DNA of 64,000 nucleotides from Gemmatimonadota bacterium (GCA_039584325.1 JBDGYA010000012.1:3544-67543), one strand, 5' to 3'. Positions 17,798 through 27,609 are shown, counted from the stretch's first letter. The notes: generated by a model from the sequence alone, not told the origin. Translations and numbers: made by a program.

Positions 17798-20461
17798 TCA
17801 CAGCCCGAACCAGTACGCCAGCTTGACAGCGAACACGTTGATGCCCGGTGCGTCGAGGGCGTCGAACAGGGCACCCGAAGCATCCAAGCTGCCGGTGTCC
17901 TCACTGCCGCGCCGGTTCATCTGCCACACCACGAACAGCGTCGAGCCAGGACGGAACTCCCAGCGGAGCACCGCATTCGTACGGAGGGACACGATGCGGA
18001 AGTCCGGCTCGCCGATCGAGAAGTCGGGTTCGCCGTCACCGTCCACATCGATGTCGATGTCCTCGCCGTTTCCAGGCCGGTTGATCCGGTCGGGACCGAG
18101 TACGTCGAAGCGATCCTCATAGTTCGGGGCCTTCGGGTCGGTCGCGAGCTTCAACACGTCGTAGCGACCGGCGGATACGAACGGCTGTGCGTAGAACTCG
18201 AACGACAGTCGCGGTGTGAGTGCCAGGTCCGCGCGCAGCGTGAGGGAGATCTCGCGACGGTCGAGCTCGCCCAGCACATAGTAGGTCGAATCCGCGACGG
18301 TCTCTTGTGTGAGATACTGACGGTCCGTGTCACCCAAGCTCATGCGTCCCTCGACGCTCAGGGAGAACCGCCCCGGGGGTCGCCACCGGAGGCCCGCCGA
18401 CACTCCCCATCGTTCCGCCCCACTCGCGTCTTCGCGGGTCCAGTCGCTCCCGAATCTTCCCCAGACCGAGCGCCGGAAATCCGTGCGGCCATTCATTCGC
18501 AACTGCCAACTGCCGGGCTCTTTGAAGGCCGGCCCCCCGCGCAGGAGTCTCGTACCCAACGCCGAGAATGCCCGCTCCGCATTGAGCGACAGGTTCCAAT
18601 AGTTGAGGAAATCGGCCGAGGCCCGGCTCTCGACGGATGTCTCGGTCCGCTCCCCTCCCCACGTGAACGCAGCCTGTTGCTCGATACGCCATTCGAACTC
18701 ACGGAACACCGGTCCTGGCTCCAGCCAGCGCAACTCAACCTGCGCTTCCTGCTCGTGCGTATCGGCGCTGCGCTGAAAGCCGAGATCGTTGACCTCGAAT
18801 CCCGGACTCCGCCCCTCGTATCCCGCCTGCCATCGGAAGAACCCCACGACCTTGGCGATGCGCGCGTACCCGCCCACGCCGGAGAGCGACGTCCGGGACG
18901 AGTCGAGGGTCATGTGGTCCTGGTCCGGCCGCTGAAAGTATCGTGCGGAGCTGCGCTGCGTCTCGACGATGGCGGCCGGGCTGCCGTCCACGCGCGATCC
19001 CAACAGGGCCGCCACTACCTCGTACTCGCGCCGACCGAACCGGGCCGAGAAATCCAGCCCACCCGATGCGGCGTATCGATGGAGCTCGTCGAACACCGGC
19101 TCGTCGAGGGACCGGGCGGTGAACGTACCGGCCGCACCGTACGCGATGCGCCCGCCACTCGACACGCGCTGCGCCCGCAGCACGGAGTAACTCGTCAGCG
19201 GCTCGACAGGTGCGCGCCCCTCGAACCCGAGCGAGTCGACGGTGGCCGCTCGCTCCTTCGCCGTGACGGCCTGCATGAGCCCGATAGCCCATCCCTTCCC
19301 AACCTGCCCGCTGAGCTTCGCAGCACCGAGGATCGTCGTCTGCCTGACCTCCTCGGCGTACCCCCCGTCGACGTCGGGGAACAACTGCGGCGCTCGTCCG
19401 ATCCGTCGCGTGTAGACGAGTCCCTCCTGTCCACCACCCCCGCCCCCGAACCGGCGCTCCTCCGGCGGCTCCAGTCCCGCCTGGAACAGGTTTGTCCCCT
19501 CCACGAAGAACGGCCGGCGCTCAGGGAAGAACGATTCGAACGCCGTGAGATTGACGACGGCGGGATCCGCTTCGACCTGACCGAAATCCGGGTTGACCGT
19601 CGCGTCGAGCGTGATACCGCTCGTGACACCCAACTTGACGTCCCCTCCGACGCGCGCGTCGGCCCTGCGGCCGGTGACAAAGGGGTTGTCTTCCTCCGCC
19701 GGCTCGAACGTGGAGCTGGCCGCGAGATACGGCAGGATCTCGAGCCTGCGGGGGGGCGGCACGCCGATCAATCCCACGAGGCGGCCGTAATTCGATACTT
19801 CGCCCGCCTGATCACGCGGGAAGAAGGGCCAATTCACCTCCTCATTGCGGCGGTTGATGCTGCGGCGCAGGCGCAGCCCGAAGGAGAGCGAGTCCGCCGT
19901 GGTGAAGCGAAGCTGTGAGAAGGGAATGCGCATCTCGACCGTCCAGCCGAGCGAGTCGAGGCTCGTGGCCCAGTCGTACACGGGATCCCACGAGTCGTCG
20001 CGGCCGGTGCCGTCTCCGTAGATGAAGACGTCCCGCCGCGCACCGGACGGATTGATCGAGAACTCGAAGGCCGTACGCCGGTCGTTGTAGGAATCAAGGA
20101 AGAGAGAGAAGTTGTCGGCGGAGATCCGCTGATCGCGCCGCACAAGCCGGCCGACCACCAATTCGGGAGCACGGTCGTATCCACGGAAGGCGACAAACAA
20201 CGCGTGCTCGTCGTAGGCGAGACGCACCTCGGTGGACTCACTTGGCGCGGCACCTTCGATAGGGTTCTGCTGCACGAAGTCCGTGAGTGGAGCGATGCCC
20301 TGCCAGGCGGGGTCGTCGAGTCGCCCATCGATAACGGGCGATTCCCCATTCAGGCGCACCGCCGCCGTCTCCTCCGCCGATTGGGCGATGGCGGAGACGG
20401 GCAAGAAGGTCACCAGAAGGCCGACCAGGAGTGCCGCCGCCGGTTGCATGTCTCCTCTCAT
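17798..20461 (-). CDS. CBM9-like / DUF5916 outer-membrane protein
   Basis: Signal peptide (LLVGLLVTFLPVSAIAQS), a CBM9-like N-terminus (IDGRLDDPAWQ) and a long beta-rich C-terminus ending ...FAVKLAYWFGL. Start placed at ATG 20461 or 20449; the track's longer N-terminus looks non-coding. Confidence 0.75.
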   Translation of the reverse strand: MRGDMQPAAALLVGLLVTFLPVSAIAQSAEETAAVRLNGESPVIDGRLDDPAWQGIAPLTDFVQQNPIEGAAPSESTEVRLAYDEHALFVAFRGYDRAPELVVGRLVRRDQRISADNFSLFLDSYNDRRTAFEFSINPSGARRDVFIYGDGTGRDDSWDPVYDWATSLDSLGWTVEMRIPFSQLRFTTADSLSFGLRLRRSINRRNEEVNWPFFPRDQAGEVSNYGRLVGLIGVPPPRRLEILPYLAASSTFEPAEEDNPFVTGRRADARVGGDVKLGVTSGITLDATVNPDFGQVEADPAVVNLTAFESFFPERRPFFVEGTNLFQAGLEPPEERRFGGGGGGQEGLVYTRRIGRAPQLFPDVDGGYAEEVRQTTILGAAKLSGQVGKGWAIGLMQAVTAKERAATVDSLGFEGRAPVEPLTSYSVLRAQRVSSGGRIAYGAAGTFTARSLDEPVFDELHRYAASGGLDFSARFGRREYEVVAALLGSRVDGSPAAIVETQRSSARYFQRPDQDHMTLDSSRTSLSGVGGYARIAKVVGFFRWQAGYEGRSPGFEVNDLGFQRSADTHEQEAQVELRWLEPGPVFREFEWRIEQQAAFTWGGERTETSVESRASADFLNYWNLSLNAERAFSALGTRLLRGGPAFKEPGSWQLRMNGRTDFRRSVWGRFGSDWTREDASGAERWGVSAGLRWRPPGRFSLSVEGRMSLGDTDRQYLTQETVADSTYYVLGELDRREISLTLRADLALTPRLSFEFYAQPFVSAGRYDVLKLATDPKAPNYEDRFDVLGPDRINRPGNGEDIDIDVDGDGEPDFSIGEPDFRIVSLRTNAVLRWEFRPGSTLFVVWQMNRRGSEDTGSLDASGALFDALDAPGINVFAVKLAYWFGL

Positions 20462-20658
20462 TCGCGAATCCGGGTGTGGCCCTCGGATCCCACCCGGCCG
20501 GGCCGTAGAGCAACGTACTAAGATAGCCGACCGAGGCAGCGCGGCTCCATCGGTGAAGGCAGACCCAGCATTCGGGGCGGCACAGACGTCGCGGACTGCC
20601 GCCCGTCGGCTCAGCCCTTCCTCACCCAGGGGCCCACCCTCCAACTATATTGCGCGCC

Positions 20659-21312
20659 ATGCAGCCTCCCCCGTACACCACCGTGCTGTTCGACCTCGAC
20701 GGCACGCTCATCGACTCGATCGAGCTGATCCTCAGCTCGTACCGACACACGCTCACCGTCCACCGCGGATCCACCCCCTCGGACGACGTCTGGCTCGCCG
20801 GGCTTGGGACGCCTCTGGTAGCACAGTTCCGTGCCTTCACCGACGACGAGGACGAAATCGCCGCCATGGTGGCGACGTATCGCGACCACAACCTGGCCAA
20901 TCACGATGCGATGGTGCGCCCGTACCCGGGCGTGCGGCAGGCTGTGGCCACGCTCCACGCGGGCGGTGTCCGCCTGGGAATCGTCACATCGAAGAAGCGC
21001 GACGGCGCCGAGCGCGGACTGCGCCGCTGCGGCTTCGACGGCATGTTCGAGGTGCTGGTGGGCGCGGACGACGTCGAGCGGCACAAGCCCGATCCCGAAC
21101 CGGTGCGGCGCGCGCTCGAGCTGCTCGACGCGCCGGCGGAGGGTGCGGTCTTCGTGGGCGACTCCCCGCACGACCTCGTCGCGGGCCGGGCCGCCGGGGT
21201 CCGGACCGCCGCCGTCGGCTGGGGACCGTTCCCGCACACCGCCCTGGAACCGCATGCGCCAGACCACTGGATACGCGAGCCGAACCAGCTCTCGACCTTG
21301 ATCATCCCGTAG
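20659..21312 (+). CDS. HAD-superfamily hydrolase (phosphoglycolate phosphatase/PpaX-like)
   Basis: MQPPPYTTVLFDLDGTLIDS...GIVTSK...FVGDSPHDLVAGRAAG. I prefer ATG 20659 to the track's TTG 20650. Confidence 0.8.
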   Translation: MQPPPYTTVLFDLDGTLIDSIELILSSYRHTLTVHRGSTPSDDVWLAGLGTPLVAQFRAFTDDEDEIAAMVATYRDHNLANHDAMVRPYPGVRQAVATLHAGGVRLGIVTSKKRDGAERGLRRCGFDGMFEVLVGADDVERHKPDPEPVRRALELLDAPAEGAVFVGDSPHDLVAGRAAGVRTAAVGWGPFPHTALEPHAPDHWIREPNQLSTLIIP

Positions 21313-21390
21313 TCCTGATCGCGGCGGCGGCCTTACCGCCCAGGGTCCGCCCTCGCACCTGACTCACCTGACCTTCAAAGCTCAGACGGC

Positions 21391-22328
21391 ATGAACGCAG
21401 TCAGCGAGTGGATCCAGCGCACCCTTGGCCTGAGCGAACTGACCGTCGCGCAGATCCTCTGGTCGGTCGTGGCCATCGTGCTGCTCTGGCTCATCCGGCG
21501 CATGGTGCTCTGGGTGCTGTGGCGTCGGATCGAAGACATCAAGGTCCGCTATCGCTGGCGCAAGACCACCACGTACATCCTGGTCCCGACCGGGATGCTC
21601 ATCGTGGGACGCATCTGGTGGGAGGGCGTCGGCTCGGTCGCCACCTTCCTTGGCCTGGTCTCCGCCGGGCTGGCCATCGCCCTCAAGGACCTTGTCGTCA
21701 ATCTCGCTGGGTGGGCATTCATCCTGTGGCGGCGCCCGTTCGACGTGGGCGACCGCGTGCAGATCGGCGATCACGCGGGCGACGTGATCGACCTCAGAAT
21801 CTTCCAGTTCACCCTGCTCGAGATCGGCAACTGGGTCGATGCCGACCAGAGCACGGGCCGGATCATCCACGTCCCAAATGGCCAGGTGCTGAGTGACACG
21901 CTCGCCAACTTCACGCGCGGCTTCGACTACATCTGGAACGAGTTGCCGGTGCTCGTCACGTTCGAGAGTGACTGGCGCAAGGCCAAGGGAATCCTGGCAG
22001 ACATCGCCGAACGGCATGCGGCACACCTGACCGACGAGGCAAAGGCACGGATCCGCAAGTCTCGCGGCACTTCATGATCTTCTACACAACCCTGACGCCG
22101 ACCGTGTACACCGCCGTGGCAGATAGTGGCGTCCTGCTCACCATCCGCTACCTCTGCGCACCACGCCAGCGCCGAGGTAGCGCGGAGGCAATCTGGGAGG
22201 AGATCCTCGACGCCTTTGCGCAGGAAGCCGGCATCGATTTCGCCTACCCGACCTACCGCTACTACGACAACCGGCTCGAGGGAAAGCCGGGCACGCGTCC
22301 GCCCAGCGTCGACTCTCGAGCACGGTGA
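21391..22328 (+). pseudogene. MscS-family mechanosensitive channel split into two overlapping ORFs (21391..22077 and 22074..22328)
   Basis: ORF1 holds the TM helices and the beta-domain (PFDVGDRVQIGDHAGDVIDL...HVPNGQVL). ORF2 holds the expected C-terminal alpha/beta domain (TPTVYTAVADSGVLLTIRYL...IDFAYPT). Both frames are open only across 21972-22077. Confidence 0.6.
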
Positions 22329-22422
22329 CATGCGGTCCCACTGACACTCTCCGGGCAGCGTTTTCGTAGTGCAGGGTATCGAATCAGTGAGCCAAAGACA
22401 CTCGCCCCGCACCGCGGAGAAC

Positions 22423-23481
22423 ATGACGATGAGACGTAACTCCACTACAGGCCTTGCATTAGCAGCTGCCGCGCTGCTCGTCGCGCTGCCGGCAACCGGC
22501 AGCGCCCAGGGTGAGGAGCACCAGCTCCGTGGCGACGTCGTGGCCGTCTATAACCTCGCGGGCGAAGTGACCGTCGAGGCTTCCAGTGGCTCCAGCGTCG
22601 ACGTGACCGTGATTCCCCGGGGCCCGGACGCAGGCCGTCTGACCGTGGCCACCGGACCGATCGGTGACCGGGAGACGCTCCGGGTGATCTACCCGGCGGA
22701 CGCGATCCGCCACGGCGACCGCGACTGGGGCAGCACCCAGCTGCGGGTGCGCGAGGACGGCACATTCGGAGACGGCAGCCGGGGTCGCCGCGTCAAGATC
22801 TCCGGAAAGGAGGGCGATCTCGAAGCGTCGGCCGACCTGCGTATCGCCGTGCCCCGCGGCCAAACCCTCCAAGTCTACCAGGCCGTCGGTATGGTCTCCG
22901 TTTCCAACGTGAACGGGGACCTCCTGCTCGACACGCATAGCGCATCAGTCACGACGGCCGGCACCGTCGGCGAGCTCTCCATCGACGTGGGCTCCGGCAC
23001 CATCACCGTGCGAGATGCCGAGGGCGACGTCGTCCTCGACACCGGCTCGGGCAACGTGCGCGCCACGGAGGTGCGAGGGGACGAGCTGCTCATCGATACG
23101 GGTTCGGGCAACGTCACCGCGTCGTCCGTCGCCGTGCGCGACCTCAACATCGATACCGGATCAGGCAGTGTCGAAGTCGCCGGGAGCACCGCACGAACGG
23201 TCCTGGTCGACACGGGCAGCGGGTCGGTCGATGTGGCGCTGTCGGGCAACCCCGACGAGGTCACGATCGACACCGGCTCCGGCTCGGTCACCGTCACCGT
23301 TCCGGAGTCGTTCGGCGCGGAGGTGGACATCGAGACGTCCAGTGGCGATATCGACATCGAGTTCCCGCTGCAGGTCCTCGGGTGGGAGCGGAACCACGTG
23401 GGCGGGACGATCGGCAACGGACAGGCTCGACTGACGATCGATACGGGTTCCGGGAGTGTGGCGCTGAAGAAGCAAGGCTGA
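22423..23481 (+). CDS. DUF4097-type beta-strand repeat protein (putative adhesin)
   Basis: Signal peptide (ALPATGSAQG) and repeated D(T/V)GSG(N/S)V units. Start at ATG 22423 or 22429, after GGAGA. Confidence 0.75.
   Translation: MTMRRNSTTGLALAAAALLVALPATGSAQGEEHQLRGDVVAVYNLAGEVTVEASSGSSVDVTVIPRGPDAGRLTVATGPIGDRETLRVIYPADAIRHGDRDWGSTQLRVREDGTFGDGSRGRRVKISGKEGDLEASADLRIAVPRGQTLQVYQAVGMVSVSNVNGDLLLDTHSASVTTAGTVGELSIDVGSGTITVRDAEGDVVLDTGSGNVRATEVRGDELLIDTGSGNVTASSVAVRDLNIDTGSGSVEVAGSTARTVLVDTGSGSVDVALSGNPDEVTIDTGSGSVTVTVPESFGAEVDIETSSGDIDIEFPLQVLGWERNHVGGTIGNGQARLTIDTGSGSVALKKQG
22924..23358 (+). repeat. in-frame tandem repeat of about 57 nt (18-20 aa) inside the DUF4097 gene
   Basis: DVGSG, five copies of DTGSG and one ETSSG recur every 18-20 residues between roughly aa 186 and 330. 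Confidence 0.7.
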
Positions 23482-23502
23482 GCGCTTCGGTACCGAGCGC
23501 AG

Positions 23503-23535
23503 GGCCGCGCCACCGGACGGTGGCGTGGCCTTCGT
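23503..23535 (+). terminator. terminator-like hairpin after the DUF4097 gene
   Basis: 12-bp stem GGCCGCGCCACC / GGTGGCGTGGCC (one G-U pair) with loop GGAC, followed by TTCGT. Confidence 0.5.
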
Positions 23536-23576
23536 GCGCTCTTCTGCACCCACGACCGGGGTAATAGCTTCCGGCT

Positions 23577-24692
23577 ATGCCCTTCATTCCCTTCGACCTC
23601 GAACGCTGGCAGAGCACCTGGGAGAAGCGCGTCCGCTACAATCTCGCCGAGAGCGGCGTGCACGCCTTCTCAATCGACGAGTTCCTGGCCCTCACCGGCA
23701 CGTCCCCGTCTGATCTGCTCGACGTCAGGCTGCTCTACAGTCAGTCGGACGGGACACCGGAGCTGCGTCGTGCCGTGGCTTCCTCGTATCCCGGCGCGAC
23801 GGAGGACCAGATCACGGTCACGGTCGGTAGCGCCGAGGCGAACTTCATTCTCTGCTGGACCCTCATCGCGCCCGGCGATCACGTCGTGGTGATCACGCCG
23901 ACATACATGCAGATCCCCGGCCTTGCGCGGAACTTCGGGGCGGCGGTGACGGAGGTACTGCTCAGACCCGACGTCGGCTGGCAGCTGGATATCGCAGAAC
24001 TGGAGCGGGCCGTACGGCCGGACACCAGGCTCGTCGTGGTGACGAACCCCAACAACCCGACGGGGCGCGTGCTCTCCACTGCGGAGCGGGAGGCCATTCT
24101 CGCATGTACCGACGGGGCGGGCGCCTGGCTCCTGGCGGACGAGGTGTATCAGGGAGCGGAGCGGGAGGCCGATGAGACGGCGACGTTTTGGGGAGCGAGC
24201 GACAGAGTGATCGTCGTGAACGGATTGTCGAAGGCCTACGGGCTGCCCGGGCTGCGCATCGGGTGGATCGTGTCGTCATCGGAATTCAAGCACGAGATCC
24301 TGCTCCGGCACGACTACACAGTGATTGGGCCAACGCCGCCCAGTGACATGCTGGCTACCCTGGCGTTACATCACCGTGCGGCGGTGCTGCGTCGCACGCG
24401 TGACATCATTGGATGCAACTACGCGGTGCTCGCGGAATGGTTCGAATCGCTCGACGGTCAGTTCAGCTGGCATGCCCCGGACGCCGGGGCAATTGTGCTG
24501 GCCCGGTACTGGAGCCAGCGACCTTCCGTGCAGCTCGTCGAGCGGGTGCGGGCGGACTGCGACGTACTGCTCGCGCCTGGCGCCCACTTCGGGATCGACC
24601 AAGCCATCCGGTTCGGGTTCGGGAACGAGAGACAGGAGTTAGAGGAAGCGCTCGACGCGCTCGCGCCGGCACTTCGACAACTGCTCGACTAG
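23577..24692 (+). CDS. class I/II PLP-dependent aminotransferase
   Basis: 371 aa with ...TNPNNPTG... and ...VNGLSKAYGLPGLRIGW... (the PLP-lysine motif). Confidence 0.8.
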   Translation: MPFIPFDLERWQSTWEKRVRYNLAESGVHAFSIDEFLALTGTSPSDLLDVRLLYSQSDGTPELRRAVASSYPGATEDQITVTVGSAEANFILCWTLIAPGDHVVVITPTYMQIPGLARNFGAAVTEVLLRPDVGWQLDIAELERAVRPDTRLVVVTNPNNPTGRVLSTAEREAILACTDGAGAWLLADEVYQGAEREADETATFWGASDRVIVVNGLSKAYGLPGLRIGWIVSSSEFKHEILLRHDYTVIGPTPPSDMLATLALHHRAAVLRRTRDIIGCNYAVLAEWFESLDGQFSWHAPDAGAIVLARYWSQRPSVQLVERVRADCDVLLAPGAHFGIDQAIRFGFGNERQELEEALDALAPALRQLLD

Positions 24693-24723
24693 ACGGTGCC
24701 CGGGCAGTCGCCAGCGAAAACGC

Positions 24724-25527
24724 CTATTTCTCGCTCTCGTCGACGACCCCCACCTCCGTGAGAATGGTCGCAATCGCCTGCAGCAGCGTCTCCAGGTCGT
24801 AGGGTTTTCCCACCACCGGCCGACCCGTGCGCTCGAGAAACTCGTGCATAGCAGGCGCCGTGTAGTCTCCCGTGACGAACACGAACCGTCGTGCAACGTG
24901 GGGCAGGCGCTCCTCGACCTGCTCGTACAGCGCGCGCCCGCCGAGGCTTGGCATGCGGGGATCGCACAGCACGCAGTCAAAGCTCTCCCCGTTCAGAGTC
25001 TCCCACGCCTCCCGACCGTTGACGACCGACGTGACGTGGTGCCCAAGGCTGCGCAGCAGCCGGGCCACCACCAGCCGATTGCTCTCGTCCGCCTCGACGA
25101 GCAGGAGCCTGGCAGGGCGCGTCGCGGCATCCATGAGCACATGCCAGGCGGGCGGTGGGGTCTCGGGGGCATCTGAGGAGACGCGGTGGGCGAGCGCGCC
25201 GGTGATGTTGGTGGCCCGCTGCACCTCTCGCACGATGCGCTCGACCTGCTCCCGCTGATCGTCGGACAGCCGGGTGCGGCGAAGCGACTCGGCGGAGAGG
25301 GCAATGGCATTGAGCCGGTTGTTCAGTCCGGCAGCCGACTCCTGCACGTGCGAGCGTACGAAGTGCACCCATGCGCCGACCAACTCGGCCGTCGGCTGGA
25401 GGTCCGCCTGCGGCACGTGGCGGTCCGCCCCCGCGACCTCACCCCTTGGCCGCTTTCCATCCACACGACGCCGTCGAATGAGCGCCAGCGCGGCAATACC
25501 CCCGGCGGCCGCTCCACCCAGCACCAC
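24724..25527 (-). CDS. membrane-anchored DHp-like helix plus receiver (REC) domain protein, with no kinase ATPase domain
   Basis: N-terminal TM helix (GGAAAGGIAALALI), an H-box-like AAGLNNRLNAIALSAESL, then a receiver: LLLVEADE...DCVLCDPRMP...FVFVTGD...GKPYDL. Confidence 0.7.
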   Translation of the reverse strand: MVLGGAAAGGIAALALIRRRRVDGKRPRGEVAGADRHVPQADLQPTAELVGAWVHFVRSHVQESAAGLNNRLNAIALSAESLRRTRLSDDQREQVERIVREVQRATNITGALAHRVSSDAPETPPPAWHVLMDAATRPARLLLVEADESNRLVVARLLRSLGHHVTSVVNGREAWETLNGESFDCVLCDPRMPSLGGRALYEQVEERLPHVARRFVFVTGDYTAPAMHEFLERTGRPVVGKPYDLETLLQAIATILTEVGVVDESEK

Positions 25528-25560
25528 ATCGATCGGATTCGTAACGCCCCCTCGTTGGCG

Positions 25561-26862
25561 CTAGCGCGCGCGCTCAAAGATGATGCGGTAGATGCGTCCA
25601 CCGCGGTCATCACTCACGTACACTGAGCCATCCGGCCCCTCGGCGACGCCGACGGGCCTGTGCTCGGCCTCACGCGGACCCATCGTGCCACCGGCAAATC
25701 CCCGCACGAAGACCGTCCATCGACCGGTCGGACCATCGTCGTCGAACCGGGCGAGTACGACGTTGTAACCCTCCTGCGGCAGGGGCGCTCGATTCCACGA
25801 GCCGTGGAACGCAATGAAGGCCCCCCCCCTGAACGGTCCCGGAAACTGCGTTCCCTGATAGAAGTGCAATCCGTTAGGCGCCCAGTGCGCCGGGAGGGCC
25901 AGCAAGGGATCGTCCTTGTCCCTACAACGACCGACGCGCTCGCCGTCGCCGCCATACTCCGGGGCCAATACCTTCTGCTCGAGTTGCGGATCGTAGTAGC
26001 AATACGGCCAACCGAAGTCACTGCCTGCCTCGATGCGCACGAACTCCTCAGCCGGCGTCTCCGCGTTCTGGGCGTCCGTGAAGTACTCGGGCCACAGCTG
26101 CGCAAGCTGGTCACGGCCGTGCACGACGCCGTAGAGGCGTCCGTCCTGCGGCCGGACCGCGAGCGCGACCGTATTGCGCAATCCCGTCGCGAACCGCGTA
26201 CCATCGGCCTGCGTCTGACGCGTACGGTCCGCATCGAAGCGCCAAATCCCGGCCCGCGTTTCCAGCTCGTCACACGGATCCTTTCCGGGAACGCCCGGCG
26301 TGCGGCGCTCCTGCTGACAGGAGTTGGACGGCGACCCGATGTTGACGTACATCCCGCCATCGTCGTCGAAGGCGATGCTCTTTGCCCGGTGACTGGACTC
26401 CGCGGGCAGTCCACTCACGATGGTGTCGGCGGGTCCGGTCGGTTGCAGCGCTCCCTGCCGCCACGGGTACCGGACGACCGCATCGTTGATGGCGAAGTAC
26501 AGATAGCCGTCGCGCAACTCGACGTCATTCCCCGCCCCCGAGCCGAAACGCGACTCGACATCGGCCTGACCGTCTCCCGTCGTATCCCGGAGCACCACGA
26601 CCCCGCCGTCCTCCGTGCGACTTGCGGCGAGGGCAACGATCACATCCCCGTTCGCTGCCACGGTGAGGTGTCTTGCACGACCGACATGATCGGCCACGAT
26701 GAGAGCGCAGAAGCCCTCGGGAACGGTCAAACCCGCGTTCTCGGGATCGCAAGGCGGAAGGCCCTGGGCCCGCAACGGCGCGACCACACCGAGCACGAGT
26801 AGGACGGGCGCCGCGAGGACGCGGGGAAGGCGCACACGCCTGGTCAAATTGGACATTGCCAT
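25561..26862 (-). CDS. PQQ-dependent sugar (glucose/sorbosone) dehydrogenase family protein
   Basis: Signal peptide and beta-propeller repeats (...DGYLYFAIND..., ...DDGGMYVNIGSPSN..., ...DGSVYVSDDRGGRIYRI). Start at ATG 26862, 9 nt after GGAG and just past the upstream stop. Confidence 0.75.
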   Translation of the reverse strand: MAMSNLTRRVRLPRVLAAPVLLVLGVVAPLRAQGLPPCDPENAGLTVPEGFCALIVADHVGRARHLTVAANGDVIVALAASRTEDGGVVVLRDTTGDGQADVESRFGSGAGNDVELRDGYLYFAINDAVVRYPWRQGALQPTGPADTIVSGLPAESSHRAKSIAFDDDGGMYVNIGSPSNSCQQERRTPGVPGKDPCDELETRAGIWRFDADRTRQTQADGTRFATGLRNTVALAVRPQDGRLYGVVHGRDQLAQLWPEYFTDAQNAETPAEEFVRIEAGSDFGWPYCYYDPQLEQKVLAPEYGGDGERVGRCRDKDDPLLALPAHWAPNGLHFYQGTQFPGPFRGGAFIAFHGSWNRAPLPQEGYNVVLARFDDDGPTGRWTVFVRGFAGGTMGPREAEHRPVGVAEGPDGSVYVSDDRGGRIYRIIFERAR

Positions 26863-26864
26863 GT

Positions 26865-27584
26865 TCACTGCTCCAGAGTGCACATCCGGTCTGGGAAGTT
26901 AGTAATAATGCCACAGACGCCCGCCGAGCGCAGGCGTCGCGCCTGCAGCGGGTCGTCCACGGTCCAGACGTGAACGGGCCGGGCCCGCCGTCGGGCAGCC
27001 GTGGCAAAGCGGGCATCGACGATGGTCAGGGAGCCGTGCTGCTCGGGCACCGTAAACGCCTCGTACCCCCCCGGAACGCCGACGCCCACGCGCGAGGCCG
27101 CCCAGGCCAGCGCCGTCTCCCGCCTCGATGCCGACCGGTGGAATCGCGGGCCGTCGAACGGCGCAAGCGCTTGAGACTGGAAGGAGCCCACCAGCACCCG
27201 CTCCGTCGCACCGTGGTGCAGGAGGCACGCCACCGCATGCTGCGCGACCCTCACCTCCTTGATTTCAAGAATGAGCGGGGTGCGGGGGAACTCCTCGAGA
27301 ACCTGATCGAGGGTCGGGATGCCCTCACCACGACCCGCGTCGAGCGTTCGTAGTTCCTCCAGGGCCAGCTCGACCACCGGCCCCGATCCGTCCGTGGTGC
27401 GGTCGAGTGTGGCATCGTGGATCACCATGGCGGCACCGTCCCGCGACACCCGAACGTCGAGCTCGAGGGCGTCGGCTCCCCGGGCGAGGGCCTCGCGGAA
27501 CGCCAGCACAGTGTTCTCTGGAAACTTTCCCGACGCTCCCCGGTGGCCGATGACGGGGCGGGCAATCGGGTCGAGCAGGATCAC
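26865..27584 (-). CDS. glycerophosphodiester phosphodiesterase
   Basis: VIGHRGASGKFPENT...ELDVRVSRDG...IHD...PTLDQVL...EIK...HVWTVD. I moved the start to GTG 27584, because the track's longer ORF overlaps the bacilliredoxin gene. Confidence 0.8.
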   Translation of the reverse strand: MILLDPIARPVIGHRGASGKFPENTVLAFREALARGADALELDVRVSRDGAAMVIHDATLDRTTDGSGPVVELALEELRTLDAGRGEGIPTLDQVLEEFPRTPLILEIKEVRVAQHAVACLLHHGATERVLVGSFQSQALAPFDGPRFHRSASRRETALAWAASRVGVGVPGGYEAFTVPEQHGSLTIVDARFATAARRRARPVHVWTVDDPLQARRLRSAGVCGIITNFPDRMCTLEQ

Positions 27585-27609
27585 GGCGGGCCTCGCGTGC
27601 CGATGAGGC

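Noticed and set aside
18305-19918. 537-aa plus-strand ORF
   Set aside because: It is antisense to the CBM9/DUF5916 gene. It is a shadow ORF.
22074-22077. ATGA stop/start overlap, read as evidence for two coupled genes in the MscS locus
   Set aside because: I considered this, but the second ORF corresponds to the C-terminal domain of the same channel family, so a frameshift is the simpler reading. The question is left open in the finding.
22924-23358. Regular ~57-nt periodicity, which might suggest a CRISPR-like or satellite repeat
   Set aside because: The repeats are in frame and encode the D(T/V)GSG beta-strand repeats of a DUF4097 protein. There are no spacers of unique sequence and no flanking cas genes.
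24439-24448. GGTTCGAATC, a tRNA T-arm-like string
   Set aside because: It lies inside the aminotransferase coding frame (EWFESLDG), and no acceptor or anticodon arms can be folded around it.
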